A DNA stretch of 12,469 nucleotides from an uncultured archaeon (GTDB taxonomy: Archaea > Asgardarchaeota > Lokiarchaeia > Sigyniarchaeales > Promethearchaeaceae). Of the stretch, positions 1 to 6,203 are shown in pieces. A program made the position numbers and the translations under genes. The stretch lies in NCBI GenBank assembly GCA_964426185.1, contig CAYRPF010000035.1, forward strand, positions 1 through 12,469. Reading direction: 5' to 3'. A model generated the notes under the pieces. That model did no database searches. It was not told the DNA's origin and saw nothing but the letters and a program-made list of their open reading frames with translations. The first letter of the stretch is position 1; each line of letters opens with the position of its first letter.

Positions 1-2487
1 GGACCCCTTGCTGTCAAGGGTCCCATCAGGCCAACTTTTGCCTTTCCACTCTTCACCGGATTTCTGTCCCGGTTGAGTTGACCTTAGGGTAGCTTGGATA
101 TCTTTTCCAAGCTCTGGCGCCCCACCGAAACTGCCCACCTGCACCTGTCCTCGCAAGCGACTTGCAAGTTAGACATGCCCCAATACAAGGCTGGTGTTCC
201 ATTGTCGCTCCGCTATACCCGAAAGCATAGCATCGACGCTCCCAGCTACACTCTGCATGTATCAGAGTATGTCAAGAACAAGCTGCAGTAAAACTCCATG
301 GGGTCTTCTCTTCCCAACGGTGCGTGACGGACCGTTCGCCGTCCTGTAGGTTCACGGAGTAGGATGTTGGGACAGTTACCACCGCGTTGGTCCGTTCATG
401 CACGTCGTTACTTATACGACAAGGCATTTGGCTACCTTAAGAGAGTTATAGTTACTCCCGCCGTTTACAAGAGCTTATTCCGGTTGGACCCGGTTTTGAC
501 TGACTTGCACTGGGCAGGATTCACTTTCTGTACACAACCTTTCGGTCTTGCAGAAAGCTATGTTTGTATTTAACAGTCGGGTGATACTAGTTATTGCAAC
601 TTAGAGCCCCCCGCTTTCGCAAAGGCTCCAAGCAAGCGTTCTTCCGAAGGTTCCGCTCCATTTTGCCGATTTCCCTAACAACCCGTAATTCCACACGCCT
701 GAGGCTTCTCACCTTGGGCACACCTGTGTCGGTTCTGGGTACGTCTTAGAAGTTCGTTGAAGATTGGCTTTTCATTGAGAATTGGAGTCGTCTCGAACCG
801 CCCACAATAAGGCGGCTATTCATGCTTTTGTCTGGTTCTCGCCGCAAAGGCACACCCCAGAGGTATACATTTAAACGGGACCGACAATCCCGCTCGAACT
901 ATCCACTTCTGTCACCAATCCCCCGTTCGTCGCCGAATACCTAACTTCCAAGTACAGAAATATAAATCTGTTTCCCTTTCGGTCAAGACGGTTAAGAATG
1001 ACCTTAGGAACGACTAACTCTTGGCTAACGACGTATTGCCAAGAAACCCTTGGCCTTTCGGCGGATACGATTTTCACGTATCTCAGCTGTTACTACTGCC
1101 AGGATCTGCACTGGAGCACGATTCATCCGATTTCACAACCGGACTTTATCTCATGCCCCACGCCCCTCTACCGGATCATACTCTTTACTGAGTATGCCCC
1201 CCGGTATCGGTGGTAGACTTGAGCCCCGTCCATTTTCTGGGCCATTTTTCTTAGCAAATGAACTGTTACGTACTCATTGTAGGGTGGCTGTTTCTGAGCC
1301 TACCTTTTTGCTGTCTTCGAAAAATGACGCCATTCGGTTTAACACTTAGTCTACACTTTGGGACCTTAACCGAGGTCTGAGTTGTTTCTCTCTCGCTACC
1401 CACGCTTACCGCGGGTAAGCCGTCTCCCATAGTCTACAAGGATTGCAGCTTCGGAGTTTAAGAAGCCGGCGAGGATTTTACTCCCCGTACCAAGCGAATT
1501 AGTGCTCTACACCACAATCACTCTCGTATGAGGCCTGCCTTTGAGCAGCTTCGAGGGGAACCAGCCATCCTCGGACTAGATTTGGCTTTTCCGCCTAGAC
1601 CCAGTTCAACTCAACGAATTGCACGTCAGAACGATATCGGACCTCCATGCGGGTTTCCCCGCACTTCGCCCTGACCAGGCCTAGATCGTCCGACTTCGGG
1701 CATTACATCAGTGACTATAGGCGCTTTCACACCGCATTCCTCACTTCAAAAGAAGTTGCGAATGTATCGGTTTCCCTGCGACTCCGGGGGTGATCCCCTT
1801 AATCTCGCCACTAACATAAGCTCCCTGGCTAATGTTTCGAGAATAAAGAAGCAATCCTGATCCGCTCATCTCGTTACCACACTCACGTGTACGAACTTCG
1901 ATAAGCATTATTTCTTTCAGACTGCTTCACTCTTCACTGCATAGTTTCAGGCACTTTTCACAACCATTCCTGGGTGCTTTTCATCTTTCCTTCACAGTAC
2001 TAATGCGCTATCGGTCTTAGGTTATATTTAGGCTTGCCTGTCGGTACCAGGCACATTCACACGGAACAACCATCCCGCGCTACTCGGGATACTCGCCATA
2101 AGCCTTGTGATTTACGTTTACGGGACTGTCACCCTCTATGGTCTAACATTCCAGAAAGGTTCAACTTCTTCACGGAGGCTCGACACGAGTCCACACTCCA
2201 CATCTCCGCCGACTTTCATCGGAGAATTCGGTTTGGCCTCTTCCGTTTTCGCTCGCCGCTACTCACGGAATCGCTATTGCTTTCTTTTCCTGCGCTTATT
2301 ATGATGCTTCGCTTCAGCGCGTTCCCCTCCCCTGACGGGGATGGAAAGGCATTACCCTAACCATGATGTCACATTCGGGAATCTCCGGATCAACGGTTAC
2401 GTGCACCTACCCGGAGCTTATCGCAGCTTGTCACGCCCTTCTTCGGATACTAAGCCGAGACATCCACTATGCAGCGTAGGCGTATGG
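1..2487 (-). rRNA. rrl: 23S (LSU) ribosomal RNA, archaeal; 3' part runs off the left edge of the window
   Basis: The minus strand reads AGTGGATGTCTCGGCT...GAAGAAGGGCGTGACAAGCTGCGATAAGC near 2468-2416 (conserved archaeal 23S 5' region), ACCGATAGCGCATTAGTACTGTGAAGGAAAG near 2015-1985, GTAAACGGCGGGAGTAACTATAACTCTCTTAAGGTAGC near 467-430 (H69-H70) and the P-loop TGGGGCG near 124-118. GC content is higher than in the flanks. The 5' end is estimated by analogy to other archaeal 23S rRNAs (+/- ~5 nt). Confidence 0.98.
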
Positions 2488-2903
2488 ACCTTAATCAGGA
2501 ACGAGCCCTGATTGCTTATCAGAGACGAAATGTCTCTAACTACTCCATTACGCGTTATCTTCCATAAAATTACGGTTTTTTGGTATAAAATTATATATTA
2601 ATAGGGAAGAGCTATTGAAATCATACTACATTATTCAAATTGACTCAAAAGAATCAATTGAACAAAATTTTGCCATGGGACCAATGCACATGCATAAGCA
2701 TGTTGAGTAAAGCAATTGGACACTATTCAGACATTCTAATCTTTCGATTAGTGCTCAAAAGAGCAAATGCATGAATCGTTCATATGTTTTACCCAAATAC
2801 CCAGATGTTTCAGATATGATGCTTTCGGCAATGATTGTCAAAGCATTATCCAATATTAGAGGGTATTGAGTTGGTAAAGTGCTAAGTCAAGATGACTTTG
2901 CAC
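2488..2903 (-). other. Structured 5' leader (external transcribed spacer) of the pre-23S transcript
   Basis: No convincing ORF. Back-to-back inverted repeats at 2879-2903, 2788-2878, 2725-2776, 2681-2719, 2634-2662, 2521-2537 and 2493-2513 lie between the putative promoter and the mature 23S 5' end. Confidence 0.65.
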
Positions 2904-2925
2904 AAACTATCTAAGGTTATACTCC

Positions 2926-2943
2926 TATTTAACCTTTATTTTC
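2926..2943 (-). promoter_or_regulatory. Putative archaeal BRE + TATA promoter for the stand-alone 23S gene
   Basis: The minus strand reads GAAAATAAAGG-TTAAATA, a purine-rich BRE followed by a TATA box at 2932-2926. The expected start ~23-25 nt downstream (~2903) coincides with the first base of the first leader hairpin. Confidence 0.65.
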
Positions 2944-3222
2944 GAGTTTAGGCAAAATTTAAATAGAACGATGCGGAATTCGTGCGAAGAATCATCAAAT
3001 TTAAGATTTACGTCAAGAATTTCTGACTCCAACCAACCAATTTCAGTAATAACAGAAATGTAAATTGATTCTTTTCTTGTAATTATCACAAATCATGTCT
3101 TTTACATCTTTGAAAATTGAGAATTTTTGAGATCTTTTTTATTAATATTATATTTTGGTTAGATTTCTGAGATTATTTAAGATCTATTAAATATTATTCA
3201 ATTTCTTCTAATCTTACAAAAA

Positions 3223-3600
3223 ATGGTTTCAACTACGACTGATTTAGATCTATTTAGGAAGACACGTTTTTGGATAGCATTTTGCTATTCCAATATTTAT
3301 GGCATTCAGGAGTATAATATTTTGTATACCCATGGAAATCCTATAGATTGGAATATTTCTACATAGATCAATTGGAATATCATGTATTTAGGTATCATCT
3401 CAATTATATTATGGTGTACAAAAGAACGATGGAATTTTACTTTGATAGAACTATCTTTTAAGATTATTTGTGAAGATTTTGTTTATTAGATATGTAATTG
3501 GATAGATATTGGTGAATTTCCATTCTTTGCGGCTGATTGGAAAATTTTGAATAAAAAAGTGATTAAATTCTCATTTTATTCTATATCGTTCATTTTTTGA
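3223..3600 (+). pseudogene. Small membrane-protein gene interrupted by two in-frame TAG codons
   Basis: One frame from ATG 3223 reads MVSTTTDLDLFRKTRFWIAFCYSNIYGIQEYNILYTHGNPIDWNIST*INWNIMYLGIISIILWCTKERWNFTLIELSFKIICEDFVY*ICNWIDIGEFPFFAADWK... with TAG at 3364-3366 and 3487-3489 and TGA at 3598-3600. The product is hydrophobic and Trp-rich. A TTAAATA box sits at 3187-3193, 30 nt upstream of the ATG. Confidence 0.55.
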
Positions 3601-4493
3601 AAAACTTTGTAAAGAGCTTGAGTTCCGAGATTTTCCCAACCAAGTGCCATTGCACTCATATAGAACTGGTAAGCTAATGCAAGACTAGGCAATGATAGTT
3701 TCATATGTTGTGCTTCTTTTAAGGCGATCCCCATATCTTTTACAAAATGCTTGATAAAGAATCCAGGATCAAAATCATCTTTTACGATTCTACGTCCTAA
3801 ATTATTAATAGACCAAGATGCTGCTGCTCCTTTTCCAATCACTTCAATCACTTCTCCTAAATCATTACCAGCTTTATATGCATACAGTAAAGATTCAACC
3901 ACACCAACCATAGTAGAGGCGATTAAGATTTGATTACTCATTTTCGTGTGTTGTCCTGCACCAGCTGCTCCCATATATTTAATATTTTGACCTATTATTT
4001 GAAAAATAGGTAAAATTCGATCAAATGCATCGCGATCTCCACCAACCATTATTGCTAAAGTAGCATTACGTGCTCCAATATCACCTCCAGAAACCGGAGC
4101 ATCTAACGAAAGACTAGCATTTTGATGTGCTGATTCTGAAATTTTCTGAGCTAATTGAGGTTCAGAAGTGGTCATATCCACCACAATACTACCTTTTTTG
4201 ATACCTTGAAAAATACCACTATTGGAAAAATAAACATCTTCCACATCATGGGGAAATCCAACCATAGTAAAAATAATTTCACTTTGTTGGGCTACCTTTT
4301 GAGGAGATTCACACCATCTAGCGCCAGCTTCAATCAATGATTGCGCTTTATATTTTGAACGAGTAAAAACATTCAATGAAAAATTTGATTCAATCAAATG
4401 CTGGGCCATTGGAGCACCCATTACTCCTGTTCCGATCCAACCAATTTTAGCTTTATTTAGATTTCTATTATCATCTGGATTTAGTTTTTCCAT
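3576..4493 (-). CDS. NAD(P)-dependent beta-hydroxyacid dehydrogenase (3-hydroxyisobutyrate dehydrogenase / 2-hydroxy-3-oxopropionate reductase family)
   Basis: Rossmann motif IGWIGTGVMG, substrate motif LDAPVSGGDIGA, catalytic Lys motif GAGQHTKMSNQ and C-terminal PGFFIKHFVKDMGIAL. The start is placed at ATG 4493 (MEKLNP); the ORF-track start at 4541 adds a low-complexity stretch. Confidence 0.92.
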   Translation of the reverse strand: MEKLNPDDNRNLNKAKIGWIGTGVMGAPMAQHLIESNFSLNVFTRSKYKAQSLIEAGARWCESPQKVAQQSEIIFTMVGFPHDVEDVYFSNSGIFQGIKKGSIVVDMTTSEPQLAQKISESAHQNASLSLDAPVSGGDIGARNATLAIMVGGDRDAFDRILPIFQIIGQNIKYMGAAGAGQHTKMSNQILIASTMVGVVESLLYAYKAGNDLGEVIEVIGKGAAASWSINNLGRRIVKDDFDPGFFIKHFVKDMGIALKEAQHMKLSLPSLALAYQFYMSAMALGWENLGTQALYKVFQKMNDIE

Positions 4494-4556
4494 TATTATT
4501 ATTATCGTTCGTCTCTTATTTTGAATTTTTCTTGTTTTCATCTAAGTTAATTTAAT

Positions 4557-4859
4557 TCAGAATTCATCGAATTCTTGCTTCCTTCTTCCCATGTTTTTCT
4601 TATTAAATAGTTCTTTTCTTTGGCTAAAAATATCATGAAGTAGTTTATTTAAATAGTATATAAATCCTAAAAACACTACGCCTAAAATGATAAGTCCAAC
4701 AAGAAGGACATTTTACCTTTCCACTTTAACAAAATACCATACTATATAAAAAATAAGCATCCCAAAACTAAATAAATCTATAAAAGCACCGATAAGAATC
4801 ATTAAAATTTTTTCTATATTTGTCATTGGTCCTGGTTGATATTTTCGAATCTTTGGCAT
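4557..4859 (-). pseudogene. Small two-transmembrane-helix protein gene (100 codons) with an in-frame TAA at codon 49
   Basis: From ATG 4859: MPKIRKYQPGPMTNIEKILMILIGAFIDLFSFGMLIFYIVWYFVKVER*NVLLVGLIILGVVFLGFIYYLNKLLHDIFSQRKELFNKKNMGRRKQEFDEF, ending TGA 4559-4557. After TAA 4715-4713 the same frame stays open for 51 codons and encodes a second hydrophobic helix plus a charged tail. Confidence 0.6.
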
Positions 4860-5146
4860 GCCACGAAGAGCACAACATTTCAAAAATTTACCCTCTTTTT
4901 CATAATAAGGGAAATTTGAGCACAGTAACCATGGTTCAATAAATAAAAAATTCAAAATATTTGAAACTATATATAAAATAACGGGCAATCTAACGATAAA
5001 TTAAATTTAAAACAGTAAATTTCCAAGCAAAATCTGCCTTAAATCGACATATTAATTTCTCACTCAATTTACACTCTTCACAAGGGAAATTTGGAAAATT
5101 AGTATGGAAAATTTTTGAAGAAAATTCAAGGCTTTTAACCGATAAA

Positions 5147-5785
5147 TCAAAGATGTTTAGAAACCGAGCGATTTAAGTTTTTTAACATTAATTCTAAGAA
5201 TTCTGGAGAGATTTCTCCAAGTTCAATGATGCAATCTAGTGAAATTTGGTCAATTCTTTGATTATCGTTTTTTCCAGTAAGAAGTAAGTAATGAGGATTC
5301 TTCAAAATCAAGTCGGCAATCTTTTGCAAAGAAACTTCTAATTTTTCTGTAAATGAAATATTTTGAGTAACCAGAATTAAGAAAAATCGATTTTCTTCAC
5401 AAGTAATTATTTGAAATGCACAAAATTGACTCTTTTCATTTTCTAACAAGAGAAATCCATCAATATTAAGCCCAATATAATTTGCATATATTTGCATTAT
5501 CGTTGCTTTGGAGATCTCTACTGTAGAAGGCCATTTGCCTAAAATTTTCGGCCCGGCTCGCTCATCCCAGAAAATGAAGCTGATCCCCAAAATTAATGGT
5601 TTCTCCTTTTTAGTATCGATAAGAATAGGATTAATTTCTTGAGAATGTTGATGAAAAAGTCGAATTAAATAGCGCTTTCGTGAACGGGCTAAATTTCTAT
5701 ACCACCGATAGCGTCTTCCGTGAAACTCAAATTCTAAAGGCATATTTGGAGGACGTAGAATAGCAGCCCGCTTTTTTCTGGTCAT
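5147..5785 (-). CDS. Hypothetical protein with a longin/uDENN-like domain and an Arg-rich N-terminal extension
   Basis: 212-aa ORF. LILGISFIFWDERAGPKILGKWP matches the beta-strand/[FW]D-x3-GP-x-I-x3-P start of uDENN/longin domains, followed by a helix, three hydrophobic strands and a helix. An upstream TATA box supports the start. Confidence 0.7.
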   Translation of the reverse strand: MTRKKRAAILRPPNMPLEFEFHGRRYRWYRNLARSRKRYLIRLFHQHSQEINPILIDTKKEKPLILGISFIFWDERAGPKILGKWPSTVEISKATIMQIYANYIGLNIDGFLLLENEKSQFCAFQIITCEENRFFLILVTQNISFTEKLEVSLQKIADLILKNPHYLLLTGKNDNQRIDQISLDCIIELGEISPEFLELMLKNLNRSVSKHL

Positions 5786-5809
5786 TATATCAATGCAGAA
5801 ATTATAAGA

Positions 5810-5822
5810 ATTTAAACCTTCA
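5810..5822 (-). promoter_or_regulatory. Putative BRE/TATA for the longin-like gene (near-leaderless transcript)
   Basis: The minus strand reads GAAGG-TTTAAAT with the TATA box at 5816-5810, 25-31 nt upstream of ATG 5785. Confidence 0.45.
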
Positions 5823-5898
5823 TAATTTTCATATCAGCAAGATTTTAATAATTCTATTGGGTCTAAATTTCAAATGTTAACCATCGTTTTTGATTTTC

Positions 5899-6187
5899 GT
5901 GACTTCCATTTCAAAAAAAGACATAAAATCACAGATACTTTGGTGGAAAGAATATCTTGAAACTCTGAGAATTCCACCGTTGCCAGAAATTCCTAGGCAA
6001 CTTTCATTTCTTCGAAAAATTCCTAAAAAGGGGGATAATTGAGAAAAAAGAAGATAGACTCGATTGGATCACAAAAGAAGAGTTATTAGAATTATGCCAT
6101 CAGTGGTTGGAAGAATATGCAGTTCCTTGGGAGATAAAATTTTGCGAAAGAAGAATGCATATTGAAGAAAAAAGATTTTTACTTTAA
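5899..6187 (+). pseudogene. Small soluble-protein gene (~95 aa) split by a single-base frameshift
   Basis: GTG 5899 opens MTSISKKDIKSQILWWKEYLETLRIPPLPEIPRQLSFLRKIPKKG, which stops at TGA 6040-6042. The +1 frame from 6035 continues IIEKKEDRLDWITKEELLELCHQWLEEYAVPWEIKFCERRMHIEEKRFLL to TAA 6185-6187. Removing one base from AAAAAGGGGG (6025-6034) joins them, and the joined ORF fills the gap between its neighbours. Confidence 0.6.
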
Positions 6188-6203
6188 TGTGGTATAAATT
6201 GCC

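Noticed and set aside
1720-1928. Supersized Asgard-type expansion segments at helix 25 (ES7) or helices 30-31 (ES9)
   Set aside because: Helix 25 is ~80 nt and helices 30-31 are ~45 nt, similar to ordinary archaeal sizes by eye. The ES39 region lies outside the window.
94-2360. Seven short ORFs in the track (94-291, 364-573, 871-1077, 998-1216, 1050-1349, 2034-2360, 2107-2304)
   Set aside because: All lie inside the 23S rRNA gene and are the usual spurious rRNA-derived ORFs.
1-2487. Intron or homing endonuclease in the 23S gene
   Set aside because: The distance from the estimated 5' end to the P-loop (~2365 nt) is within the normal archaeal range, and no AT-rich insert or endonuclease ORF interrupts the conserved motifs.
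3170-3197. 11-6-11 imperfect palindrome AGATTATTTAA-GATCTA-TTAAATATTAT as a dif site for XerA
   Set aside because: The spacing fits and 9 of 11 positions pair, but it lacks the ATAA-N6-TTAT core of known dif sites. It is very AT-rich and is explained more simply by the TATA box of the 3223 frame.
3751-4340. Plus-strand ORFs 3751-3933 and 4155-4340
   Set aside because: Antisense shadows of the dehydrogenase gene.
4860-4988. 43-residue N-terminal extension of ORF 4713..4988
   Set aside because: It depends on a non-ATG start and overlaps the repeated non-coding motif. ATG 4859 gives a more coherent protein.
4557-6042. Selenocysteine readthrough at TGA codons (4559, 5149, 6040)
   Set aside because: None has a redox-motif context or a convincing in-frame continuation, and I could not identify a SECIS-like hairpin.
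2488-6203. CRISPR array or tRNA in the non-coding stretches
   Set aside because: No regularly spaced direct repeats and no cloverleaf with a T-loop motif were found by eye.
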